Origin: Octopus sinensis
Lineage: Eukaryota
Assembly: GCF_006345805.1 (NCBI RefSeq)
Contig: NC_042998.1
Span: 194,928,001 to 194,992,000, forward strand
Length of the DNA: 64,000 nt
Direction: 5' to 3'
Below are positions 52,902 to 64,000 of this stretch, piece after piece (within the stretch, counting starts at the first letter, position 1; each line of letters begins with the position of its first letter). Made by a program: the position numbers and the translations under genes. Under the pieces are notes generated by a model, which saw nothing but the letters and a program-made list of their open reading frames with translations, was not told where the DNA came from and ran no database searches.

Positions 52902-52979
52902 CCTGTCTCTGTCTCTCTTGTTTACTCTTGTGGGGTCGAGGTCAAACCCACAAAAGTAAACCAGAGAGACAGAGACAGG
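52902..52979. other. 78-nt hairpin (31 of 33 bp paired, 12-nt loop), pre-miRNA-like
   Basis: CCTGTCTCTGTCTCTCTTGTTTACTCTTGTGGG / CCCACAAAAGTAAACCAGAGAGACAGAGACAGG. Confidence 0.45.
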
Positions 52980-53462
52980 CAGAAACAAGGAAAATGCCCC
53001 TTGTATTTGAATACTATGCAAATATTCTTTAAAAATAACTTTTCTTTTAATTTTTCCAAAATTTAATTCTTTTCCACACTTACAGTTGAAAAAGTCTCAA
53101 TGACTGAAACCGGTACTGAAATATTTAAAAAAAAATTATTTTAGCATTTTCTACCTTGACTGTTTTTTTCCCCATATATATCAACTCATGTGTTCCTTTT
53201 CAACCTTCTACATATGTGTGTGTGTGTGTGTATACACACACACATATATATACATATACATATATATGTATGTGCATATATATATGTATGTGTGTGTATA
53301 TATATATATGTATGTGTGTGTATATATATATATATATATGTATATCTATGTGCATATATATATATATATGTGTATATCTATGTATGTGTATGTATATATG
53401 CATATCTATGTGTATATAAATGCATATGTACATGTGTGTGCATATATATAGAAATATATCTA

Positions 53463-53509
<47 letters not shown>

Positions 53510-53607
53510 AGAAAGGAAATGAGAGGAGTATTTTCGTCTTAAACATTCTATTCAATTTTCCCACACTGCCTTGGCTGGAATGACAACAAACATATCAGCA
53601 GCAATAG

Positions 53608-53889
53608 CAGCAGCAGCAACAACAGCAACAACAACAATACGACAAACATCACCACTTCTATAGTGTAAAGAGACAAAGCAGTTTACACTCTGATGAAAAG
53701 ACACAAACATTTGTTATTGAAGCCGGTTTTACAGGTGGGCACATATTTTTATTTTTGGGTTCCCCTGTTAACAAGTCAAACCGGTTTGTCAGATTGAAGA
53801 ACAGTTATTATTCCTGCCAATAATCTCACCTTTACTGGCAAGCTGGTCAGCTTCAGGTTATACTTTAATGGATGTGCTGTAAACAGATT
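53608..53889 (+). CDS. Possible coding exon or pseudo-exon containing VKRQS; needs one frameshift
   Basis: HHHFYSVKRQSSLHSDEKTQTFVIEAGFTGGHIFLFLGSPVNKSNRFVRLK, then in another frame VIIPANNLTFTGKLVSFRLYFNGCAVNR, ending at donor TT|GTAAGT. Confidence 0.3.
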
Positions 53890-54725
53890 GTAAGTTTGCT
53901 TTTTTTCCCCCCCATCTTTGTCTTCATCTATTTTGGCTTGGTTTCAATTATTTGTTTTTTTTAGCAAGTTTTGTTTCTGTTGGAAATTTTTGGTGTTTGT
54001 ACAGGCTGTGTTTCTGCAGTTATCAGAGATTCAGTGAAGTTTTAATTATGTGCTGTCCTTGAAAGTAACCAAAATGGTAGATTTTTAGGTTGTTGAAAAT
54101 ACCAATAAACACAAAACCCTCTGATCATATTTTCGTGACTGATCTTTGGTTATTTTAGGCAGAAAATGGGTAAAAAAGGATTGATTTTTCAGACAAATAA
54201 CTAAATTTTGTTCTACAAATAATGGAGAGGATATAAAATATGGAGTTGGTCTCAAGATATGACTGTCTGCTTATGAAGAAATGAAGGTCACAGTTGATCA
54301 CAATATGATTTCAACTTAGAGCTGTCTCAGTCTCTACGATGGTCTACAGTTTTTCTCTTTTCTAATTTTAGTAAATACACCGAACCCATCCTCACTTTTG
54401 ATTACAAAATAATTGCTTTCACAACTCCCAGTATACCAATATTATTGATTTCATTTCATTAGATAGCACACAAGCGAAATCATACCAGGTGGCATTCATG
54501 CATTTCTAGGAAGTGTCGGTGACATGAGGGAAGTAAAGTCAAATGGTGACAACTGGGAATACAAATCACATTTCGATGTCTTGCCCCAAATAGTAGTAAG
54601 CTGACTTGTCTGTGTGTTTCAGATAACCATTCATGGCAAGATTGAAACATTGAGCCTCTTGCTTCTTTTTTTTTTTACCATTGCAAATAACAACAAAATC
54701 TCATCAAAGCCATTGACCATTATGT

Positions 54726-55108
54726 GGAAGCACTCCGTCGGTTACGACGATGAGGGTTCCGGTTGATCCGATCAACAGAATAGCCTGCTCGTGAAATTAA
54801 CGTGTAAGTGGCTGAGCACTCCATAGACACGTGTACCCTTAACGTAGTTCTCGGGGATATTCAGCGTGAGACAGAGAGTGACAAGGCTGGCCCTTTGAAA
54901 TACAAGTACAACAGAAACAGGAAGTAAGAGTGAGAGAAAGTTGTGATGAAAGAGTACAGCAGGGATCACCACCATTCCCGCCGGAGCCTCGTGGAGCTTT
55001 TATGTGTTTTCGCTCAATAAACACTCACAACGCCCGGTCTGGGAATTGAAACCGCGATCCTACGACCGCGAGTCCGCTGCCCTAACCACTGGGCCATTGC
55101 GCCTCCAC
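54726..55108 (-). mobile_element. Full-length SINE family B with 9-bp TSD
   Basis: CCATTATGT at 54717-54725 and 55109-55117. Confidence 0.9.
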
Positions 55109-55451
55109 CCATTATGTAAAGACAACTGGAATGGTCATTGTCTTAGTGATCCTCTGTAATCATGTCAAAAACACTTGTGATTTAAGCTACAGGGATGTAA
55201 ACAGACCAGCATCAGTTGTGAAGCAATGTGGGGGGAACAAACACAGACACACAAATATATATACACACACACACACACATATTTCTGGTAATAACATCAG
55301 TGTCTTTGGCTATTATTTGTTGCTCCACCAGATCTGATTATTTTCAAGCCATCTACCACAGTGATAGATATGGCTGTTCAGTTTCTGAGGAAATTAAGAG
55401 TAGTTCTACAGTTAATTCTTGGGATTTATTTGTTCAATCTGTGCTGTATTC

Positions 55452-55905
55452 TATAATAATAATGAAATTATTGTACACAGTGCTCAGGTGCACCACAACT
55501 TGTCAGAAAGTGTGTATAAAGTATATGCAGTAATGTAAAAATGTCTGGAAAGCGAACAATGTATGAGTCAGATACATGCTTGCGTGTGTATGGAGGAGAG
55601 AATATCAGGTGTTGGCAAATCTCAGGAAGCATGGAAGTTTTGAAGGATGCAGTGCTCCGACAACTAACAACTGATGCTGGCAGTTTGTTCCACGCTTCAG
55701 CAACTCTCAGCGTGAAAAAATGTTTCCGAAAGTCATGGGAGCTGTGCTGTTTTCTGACTTTTTAAACATGTCCACGGGTGTTAGACAGGTGGAGTTTGAA
55801 AAGGTGCTCAGAGTTATTGTTTGTAAGATGGTTAATAATTTTATGGGTGTCTGCCAAGTCAGCTGCCAGACGTCGGAGTTTCAATGTGTCCATGTCAGTT
55901 TCTAT
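55452..55905 (-). mobile_element. CR1/L2-type LINE 3' fragment (same family as 801-1142)
   Basis: LKLRRLAADLADTHKII...NTRGH...RKHFFTLRVAEAWNKLP; short (TAT)n tail. Confidence 0.85.
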
Positions 55906-55953
55906 GGAATGGTAAAGAGGAAGACAAAATAACTAGACTGATTCTGGTTTCAG

Positions 55954-56111
55954 AGGACCTGTAAAAGAGCTAAGCTCTTTCCTTCTAACCAAGTTATGAA
56001 GAAAACTACAAAGAGTGATATTGTCTCCTCAGCAATTAATGGCCAAATAAATTTTTCAACACATGAAGTTACAAGAAGACTGGCAACAGATGAAGCCCAG
56101 CTTGATATTGT
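55954..56111 (+). CDS. Candidate internal exon (phase 0 to 2)
   Basis: TTCTGGTTTCAG acceptor; one open frame RTCKRAKLFPSNQVMKKTTKSDIVSSAINGQINFSTHEVTRRLATDEAQLDI; donor GT|GTAAGC. Confidence 0.4.
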
Positions 56112-56644
56112 GTAAGCTTGTTATTGTTGAGTTGTGCTTAGCCTCGTCAGAGCAAACCTACAGGATAGAGAACATTGGTCAAGTGACTGGGTGTAGTCTA
56201 CAGTTCCTCACCTCGGGTGGTTGGGGACAACACAAATATGAATTGATTGTATAAAGTCACGAATCTACTTTTACTCTGCTATCCAGTGTGTTCTGAGAAT
56301 CAAACTAAAACAATATCAATAACAATGAATGATTGTACATTATCAATAGCAATTACTATTGGGTGATTAGTAATAGTGAGAAGGTAGAATAAAGGGTAGG
56401 TGGGGGCGTGCTGACGTATTGATACAATTGTGGTGGGGGGTAATTAAAAGGAGCGTTTTGTGCTTACAAACGTTTCCAAACAATCTACCCACTTATAATC
56501 GGTGAAGGAAAGATTAGTAATTATTCCATCAATGCAAGCAATGAAGAAGGAACCAGCAGAAAATTTGTTAAAGAGATAATCAAACTCTATGTTAACTATG
56601 TAGACACACACACATATATATACATACATACATACATACATACA

Positions 56645-56784
<140 letters not shown>

Positions 56785-57643
56785 AGTACATATATATCAA
56801 TATAAGTACATATATATATATAATATATACGTCTCTCTCTCTCTGTGTCTCTCTCTCATTATATATATGTATATATATATATATTAACATTTGTTCTTAC
56901 ATTATATATATATTGTGAAGTATATTTGCCACCTAAATGTGGCTAACCCTTAAGGGTTGATGCTACTGTTGTTTATAGCCCCAGGAAGACGTCTCCTCCA
57001 GCTGGCTATTGACACACCGTCTGTGCCCTATCAGTATTTGCAAAGGGAAGTCATCTTTCCCATCTCCAGCCTCACCTGATACACATGGACCCATCATCAG
57101 CGTGTAACAACCACCGTTTTTCTTTATTATGATAATAAGTATCTATTACAAAGGAGGACAATACAGGACATTACAAACATATAAATGTGCTAAGTGAGTT
57201 TGTATTTAAAATCCAATGAATCATATATATATGAATTAAAACTTTTCACAAACTCATTTTCACAAAATATGGCCAGAATACCAGTGACTACACCTTGCTT
57301 CTACCATGGGTGGAATTAAGTAGGGACAGTCACTCCCAACTTCCCCACGACATCCTTCCATCTTTTCTCATATATACTTCATGACAGGTGTCTTCTCTCC
57401 AGCCCTATCTTGCCCTTCAGATGGTACCTGAAGTAGAATAGCAAACCAGGGTTGGAGATGAAGGATCCCATCACGATTCTTTGCATTCTGGTTCTCCATG
57501 CACACTCTTTCATTACTGCGACCATACACAGAAAACATGTCTCACCTTCCTTTGATAGTTTGGTTGGTGGTACAATATTTATCACAGACTCAGCTGATAG
57601 TTGTACTCTTCTTAGATGTGACAACATGTGTTCTACATAAATT

Positions 57644-58016
57644 GGATGGAAGCACTCCGTCGGTTACGACGACGAGGGTTCCGGTTGATCCGATCAACGG
57701 AACAGCCTGCTCGTGAAATTAACGTGTAAGTGGCTGAGCACTCCACAGACACGTGTACCCTTAACGTAATTCTCGGGGATATTCAGCGTGACACAGAGAG
57801 TGACAAGGCCGGCCCTTTGAAATACAGGTACAACAGAAACAGGAAGAAAGAGTGAGAGAAAGTTGTGATGAAAGAGTACAGCAGGGATCACCACCATCCC
57901 CTGCCGGAGCCTCGTGGAACTTTAGGTGTTTTCGCTCAATAAACACTCACAACGCCCGGTCTGGGAATCGAAACCGCGAGTCCACTGCCCTAACCAATGG
58001 GCCATTGCGCCTCCAC
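57644..58016 (-). mobile_element. Full-length SINE family B with 13-bp TSD
   Basis: TTCTACATAAATT at 57631-57643 and 58017-58029. Confidence 0.9.
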
Positions 58017-58029
58017 TTCTACATAAATT

Positions 58030-58850
58030 ATCAAGCCTGAAAGCTCCAGGTACTGTACAAGAGCATGTAGGACAGTTTCATCATCCTTCCCGCACGTTGG
58101 GCATGCCGGTGGCACTGATATTCTGTGCCTGGACAATCTATCATGGATAGGTAACACATCCCTATAACACTGCCAGGTCAGGGATCTTTGGTAATTATCT
58201 AAATAACCCGACCTGAAGGTTTTTTGAAACAGGTTGGCTAGCTGGTTCTCATCGAACCCTAGAGCCTCTCCTAGGACGTCATTGCTCTTATACTCTACCA
58301 TCCCTTTATATTCCTATGGATTAGCGTGAGTGCCTTTCAACATTTCTTTTGCCATTCAGTCGTATTCTGTCTTTTAATCAAATCAGGTGTAAATTCCTCC
58401 AAGGAGGCCAGTCATGGAAAGAATTCCCCAGCAACCGAATTCCACACCTAGCTACCATCCAGGTAGAGCCAGATATACCTTAGCCTCAGTGCATGCCTGC
58501 ACATCAATAGCCATGGCATCCCTAACCCACCCTTTAGCAGTTCTTGGCAGCATACGGAGTGCCTCACAAGCAGTTTTCCCTCCCACAAAAAGTGGAAGAG
58601 AAGTTGCACCAATTTGCATAGCCATGAATCAGGGCAAAGGACTATGGTCAGACAGTAGGTGATAACAGACGCAATAAACACCTGCACCACCTCGGCCCTC
58701 CCTTCCAGACCAGGTCCTGACTAGGGCTTCCACCCTGCCTGCCACCTTACTCCAATTCTTCTCTGTCTGGGAATCTGGTCCAAGCCAAACCCCAAGCAAT
58801 TTAACAGGACCATCTGTTCACTGCCCCATGACACAGGACATTATCGGCTT
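58030..58850 (-). mobile_element. Tx1/L1-clade LINE fragment (RT C-terminus to zf-RVT)
   Basis: LLFHFLWEGK...KGGLGMP...HALRLR; LTWQCYRDVLPIHDRL...CPTCGKDDETVLHAL. Confidence 0.8.
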
Positions 58851-59133
58851 GCTGCTCCAGGTGCCAAGCCGCAAACCGATGGACTTGTCCTTATTAACTT
58901 TTGCCCCTGCCGCTGCCTCATATCCTTTGATTGCATCCTCACCATCACTGCTTGACAACTGGTGTTGGTGTGTTTGTGTCCCTGTAACTTAGCAGTTCGG
59001 TTAAAAGAGTCTGATAGAATGAGTACTGGGCTTAAAAAATGAATCCTGGGGTGAATTTGTTTGACTAAAACCCTTTGAAGCGGAGGGCCAGCATGGCCAT
59101 AATCAAATAGCTGAAACAAGTAAAAGAATAAAA

Positions 59134-59171
<38 letters not shown>

Positions 59172-59184
59172 GACAGGAAGTAAA

Positions 59185-59752
59185 TATGTGCCGGGATATC
59201 AAAAAGGAGATCTCACGGAGAGGGCTGGATGGAAGGCGTTCAATGACATAAGGGATGTGCTCAAGGGAAGGTTGGACAGGACCACCCGCGCCAACCTCAT
59301 TAACAGTGCAGTTCTGCCTGCAATGTTATATGGTAGTGAAACATGGGCTACCACAAAGAGAGAAGAGCAAAGACTGGTAACGGCTCAAAGAGCCATGGAA
59401 AGGTCAATGCTTGGTATCTCGTTGAGAGAGCACATAAGTAGCAAGATCATCAGAAAGAAGTCCGGCGTGAGAGCTGTCATCGCAGAGTATACGCGCAGCA
59501 AGTATAGATGGGCTGGACACGTCGCCCGGCTCACCGATAATTGGTGGACGCACGCAGTTGTTGAGTGGTACCTGCGTGAGAGGAAATGACCACCCGGAAG
59601 ACCTCCACGACGGTGGAGTTACGATTTCAAGAGGATGATTGGGATCACGTGGATGAGAAAGGCGCGATCCAGAGAGGAGTGGACAGCGAGCTGTGACCAG
59701 CGGTGTCAAATGGACGCCTGACGGACTGGTTGGTCAAGGTGATCAAGGTGAT
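59185..59752 (+). mobile_element. RTE-clade LINE 3' fragment
   Basis: VLPAMLYGSETW...AQRAMERSMLG...KYRWAGHVAR...GRPPRRW. Confidence 0.9.
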
Positions 59753-59769
59753 ATATATACACACATACA

Positions 59770-59839
<70 letters not shown>

Positions 59840-59864
59840 CATACATATATATATGTGTGTGTGG

Positions 59865-59907
<43 letters not shown>

Positions 59908-60004
59908 CACTGACATATATATGCTAAACATTCAGCAAAAACCAGAGAAAACATGGTAGAGGCTACTAAGACATGTAAGTCATACTTGTGAATAATTGCT
60001 ATGA

Positions 60005-60048
<44 letters not shown>

Positions 60049-60180
60049 TGCAAGGTATATTGCAAGGGATACAAACATCGATTAAGTCACCTCAGTACAG
60101 AAGGTAGAAACAACTGTATGATGCATTATTGAATAAATCTACCCCCATTTTTCTTTGATTATATTAAAAAAAAAAAAAAA

Positions 60181-60488
60181 GACTCCGCCGGTTACGACGA
60201 TGAGGGTCCCAGCTGATACGATCAACGGAACAGCTTGCTCGTGAAATTAACGTGCAAATGGCTGAGCATTCCACAGACACGTAGTTCTCGGGGAAAATCA
60301 GCGTGACACAGAGAGTGACAAGGCTGACCCTTTGAAATACAAGTACAACTCATTTTTGCCAGCTGAGTGGACTGGAGCAATGTGAAATAAAGTGTCTTGC
60401 TCAAGGACACAACGCGTCGCCGGGAATCGAACTCACAACCTTACGATCATGAGCCGAATGCCCTAACCACTAAGCCACGCGCCCTCAC
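60181..60488 (-). mobile_element. Chimeric SINE: E-type head and core with B-type tail
   Basis: Head GGGCGCGTGGCTTAGTGG and TTGCTCCAGTCCACTCAGCTGG, followed by the family B body TTGTACTTGTATTTCAAAGGG...GTCGTAACCG. Confidence 0.8.
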
Positions 60489-60574
60489 CTTTGATTATAT
60501 AACCCTTATATAGATATACACATATATTTATTTATTATCGACTTATCATTTCTACTCTTTCGACTAACTTACAG

Positions 60575-60668
60575 TTTCTGGATCCAACAAAAGCACAAGT
60601 GGCCATGAAGAAGAACATGTGGACAACATTGTGTCAATTGCTCCTGTTTGGATGTATGCTACATTATG
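60575..60668 (+). CDS. Candidate exon with two open frames
   Basis: CTTTCGACTAACTTACAG acceptor and ATG|GTAAGT donor. Phase 1 gives VSGSNKSTSGHEEEHVDNIVSIAPVWMYATL; phase 0 gives FLDPTKAQVAMKKNMWTTLCQLLLFGCMLHY. Confidence 0.5.
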
Positions 60669-60702
60669 GTAAGTTCAAATTAAGAGTCCATCCCCTTTCT
60701 AA

Positions 60703-61335
60703 CCCTTTCATTACTGCATTTATTTTGAGATGCTCTCTGTTTCTTTCAGTTACTTTAAATATAACAAAGAATTTAGTAAGAGTGGCTGAGTGGTAAGTAG
60801 CTTGCTAACCAACCACATGGTTCCGGGTTCAGTCCCACTGCGTGGCATCTTGGGCAAGTGTCTTCTGCTATAGCCCCAGGCCGACCAATGCCTTGTGAGT
60901 GGATTTGGTAGATGGAAACTGAAAGAAGCCTATCGTATATATGTATATATATATATATATAAGTGTGTGTGTATATGTTTGTGTGTCTGTGTTTGTCCCC
61001 CTAGCATTGCTTGACAACCGATGCTGGTGTGTTTACGTCCCCGTCACTTAGCGGTTCGGCAAAAAGAGACCGATAGAATAAGTACTGGGCTTACAGAGAG
61101 TGAGTCCCGGGGTCGATTTGCTCGACTAAAGGCGGTGCTCCAGCATGGCCGCAGTCAAATGACTGAAACAAGTAAAAGAGTAAAAAAGAGTAAAGAGTAA
61201 GAGTATCATTCAGCCAGTGTTAGGAACATTTATTGTGACTAAAGTTTAATGGAAGATTTTAATTCAAAACTAATGAAAGCAAGACATTTGTACTCAGAGC
61301 CAGAGCCGGTTTCAGCTGGGTTGGTAATGAAAGGG
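60703..61335. mobile_element. piggyBac-like MITE interrupted by SINE A (60781-61203)
   Basis: TIR CCCTTTCATTAC / GTAATGAAAGGG followed by TTAA; uninterrupted sister copy at 62027. Confidence 0.8.
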
Positions 61336-61561
61336 TTAATTAGATGGTAAAATCTCTGCTAACTTCTTTAATGGATCAAAATATTTTAATTAATCAAAAT
61401 TACATCTCTAGAGTAATAGTCAATTCATAAAAAGTAGGGATGATAATCACAAATTGTTTATTAATTGAAATTAATTAAAGTGAAATGAGGATGCTGTAAA
61501 ATATGTCCCTGTGTATTTGCTCCACATCATTATTCTTAATTAGAGTTTAGCCAATAATTAA

Positions 61562-61959
61562 TCTTTATATATAAAAGTGAAGTTGTGTGTCTGTCTCCTA
61601 CGATTTAGATTCCTAACTACTCCCACATTTTGCGGTGCAGTTTAACCAAAACCGGGTATCTTATAGTCGTGATTCATATCGAGCCTTTCTGGGTATTAGC
61701 GCACGTCTACGATGAGTCTACGATTTAAAAAAAAATTTACCATAATTTTTTTCCATTTTAATGCATTTTTTCGCTATTATATAAGGGAAGTAACTCTCTA
61801 AAAATGTCTACAATGAGTCAACGATTTAAAAAAAAATTTACCATAATTTTTTTTCCATTTTTAATGCATTTTTTTGCTACTTTTTGGCTATAACTCTCTA
61901 AAAATGCTTATATAGTTATTTCCCTTACAAACCCGAGCAACGCCGGGCGATACTCCTAG
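61562..61959 (+). mobile_element. Non-autonomous Helitron-like element with internal duplication
   Basis: A|TC start; CCCG-AGCAACGC-CGGG hairpin; CTAG|T end. Confidence 0.8.
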
Positions 61960-62026
61960 TTTCTTATAAAATGTTAAGGCGGTGTCACTCTACCAACAAC
62001 TCTATTATGATAGAAACCATCTTTAA

Positions 62027-62247
62027 CCCTTTTGTTACTGTATTTATTTTGAGATGTTCTGTGTTTCTTTCAATTATTTTAAATATAACAAAGAATTTAG
62101 TAAAATAACTTAGTTGTCATTCAGCTAGTGTTAGGAACATAAATTGTGACTAAGGTTTGGTGGAAGATTTTTATTCAAAACTTATGAAAACAAGACCTTT
62201 GTACTACAGAGCCAGAGCCGGTTTCAGCCGGGTTGGTATTGAAAGGG
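62027..62247. mobile_element. piggyBac-like MITE with TTAA TSD
   Basis: TTAA|CCCTTTTGTTAC...GTATTGAAAGGG|TTAA. Confidence 0.85.
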
Positions 62248-63000
62248 TTAACAGTCAACTCTTCCAACAGCCTCTTCCTCTCACCTTCCTCCCTGATCAT
62301 CAGATCTTCCTCTGACCATCAAATCTTGTTCTTTGTCCTTGATATAAACAAAGTGTTTTAATTGAGACTAGACCTTATTTATTGATCTCAGAAATATAAA
62401 AGGTAAAATTGATCATGCTAAGATTTGAACTCTGGACATAAGTTCTGGATTATATTGTGGTTTAAGGCCAATCTTTTCTCTAGATCCTGACTGTAGATAT
62501 TCTGTGTGTCCAGTCTAGTTTGTAACTTACAATTCAGTGTATAGTTTGCTATGGTTGTCTTCACTACAACTATTAACTAGTAAGGGATTCACATGGTTGG
62601 TCAACCTCCTAGAAATAGCAGTGGTCAGCTCCTCCACAAATCTCACCTTTATGTCTTAAAAAAGAAAATGGGCAAACTTGAGGCTAAGCAACAACAGCAA
62701 CAACATCATACAGGCATTGAGCCAATAAGAGAGCAGAGAAAGCAAACCTTAATTCTCACTTTACCATTTTTGAAAAGAGAGACACATTGAATCCTGAATG
62801 CATAGGTAGGCTTTGATTAATTTTCTCTGTGCCGGTGGCATGTAAAAAGCAACCACTACACTCACGGAGTGGTTGGTGTTAGGAAGGGTATCCAGCTGTA
62901 GAAACACTGCCAAATCAGACTGGAGCCTGGTGCAGCCTCATGGCTTCCCAGACCCTGGTTGAACCGTCCAACCTATGCTAGCATGGAAAACGGGCGTTAA

Positions 63001-63035
<35 letters not shown>

Positions 63036-63254
63036 ACACAGGTGTGTGTTTGAATAGTTTGCTTTATAAGTATATGGTTGTGGGCTCAGTCACATTCTGT
63101 GGCACCTTGGGCAAGTGTCTTCTACTATGGTCCTGGGCTAACCAAAGCTTTGCAACTGAATTTGTTAGATGGAAACTGAAAGAAGCCTGTTGTACATATA
63201 CATGTATGTATATATATATATATAATATATATATATATACACACACACACACAT

Positions 63255-63328
<74 letters not shown>

Positions 63329-64000
63329 TTTATATACATCATCATCATCATTTAATGTCCATTTTCCATGCTGGCATGGGTTGGACAGTTTGACTGAAAA
63401 CTGGCAAGCTAGGGAGAGCTGCACCAGGTTCCAATCTGATTTGCCATGATTTCTACAGCTGGATGCCTTTCCTAACACCAACCACTTCCAGAGTGTAGCG
63501 GGTGCTTTTTATGTGCCAGATATGCAATATATATATATGTAATAATGAAGTCAAACCAAATAGAGATATTTTGAAATCATTTAATATGTACATTTTGGGT
63601 CTGCGTAAATTTTGGGAAACATTGATTACATTAGACCTTCCTCACTTAAAACATTAGTTGTTATATTTAATTTGAGATGAAATTCTGGTACTGTATATTG
63701 CTTCTGAGTGTAATACAAAATATACACACACACACATTCGCGTGTGCACACACATTCGCGTGTGCACACACACACACACATACAATTTTTATACATACAT
63801 ACATACATATATACACAGACACATGTGCATATGCACACACACACATACACACACATGCATACACAATTTTTATACATACATACATATATATATATATACA
63901 CACACATATGTACACGTGCACACACACACATACACACACAATTTTTATACATACATACATATATACACAGACACATGTGCATATGCACACACACACATAC

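Noticed and set aside
53682-53730. Hammerhead-like CTGATGA...GAAGCCGGTT
   Set aside because: No convincing stem I or II, GAAA is altered, and it lies within a candidate reading frame.
54620-54720. Possible exon after TTTCAG (ITIHGKIETLSLLL...)
   Set aside because: Frame depends on the length of a poly-T run, is interrupted by a SINE, and has no clear donor.
57452-57640. 62-aa ORF with signal-peptide-like start (MKDPITILCILVLHAHSFITA)
   Set aside because: Short, ends next to a SINE insertion, no usable splice donor or recognisable motif; chance cannot be excluded.
62593-62790. 65-aa ORF with a poly-Q patch
   Set aside because: No splice context or homology I can recognise.

Overview
Eukaryotic, repeat-saturated genomic DNA with no operons, rRNA, true tRNA genes or CRISPR arrays. 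The tRNA-derived SINE families, long (TA)n/(TATG)n/(CA)n tracts and Penelope, R4/Dong, Tx1, CR1 and RTE debris suggest a coleoid cephalopod, probably Octopus (inference, no database search). Almost all ORFs in the supplied track are microsatellite read-through. Supported content: (i) candidate + strand exons of a host gene, starting with a signal-peptide exon at 30550-30772 that carries a KVKR-Q processing-like site, with weaker candidates at about 53.6, 56.0 and 60.6 kb; (ii) a nearly complete frameshifted DD34E Tc1 with IR-DR ends (39.6-41.2 kb) and a decayed mariner (44.8-46.0 kb); (iii) LINE and Ty3/Gypsy fragments, non-autonomous Helitrons, TTAA MITEs and many SINEs. Most interesting: an intact-core type I hammerhead ribozyme (39075-39180) inserted in the TA tract of a tRNA-SINE, plus several minimal or degenerate Penelope-type hammerhead motifs; an 18-copy, ~184-bp SINE-derived satellite (13115-16418) whose unit junction recurs at an independent locus (34 kb); an 831-bp tandem repeat with hammerhead-like motifs; a 355-bp palindrome; and a pre-miRNA-like hairpin. 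Family labels A, B, B2, C, D and E are my own working names. Fragment boundaries are approximate.
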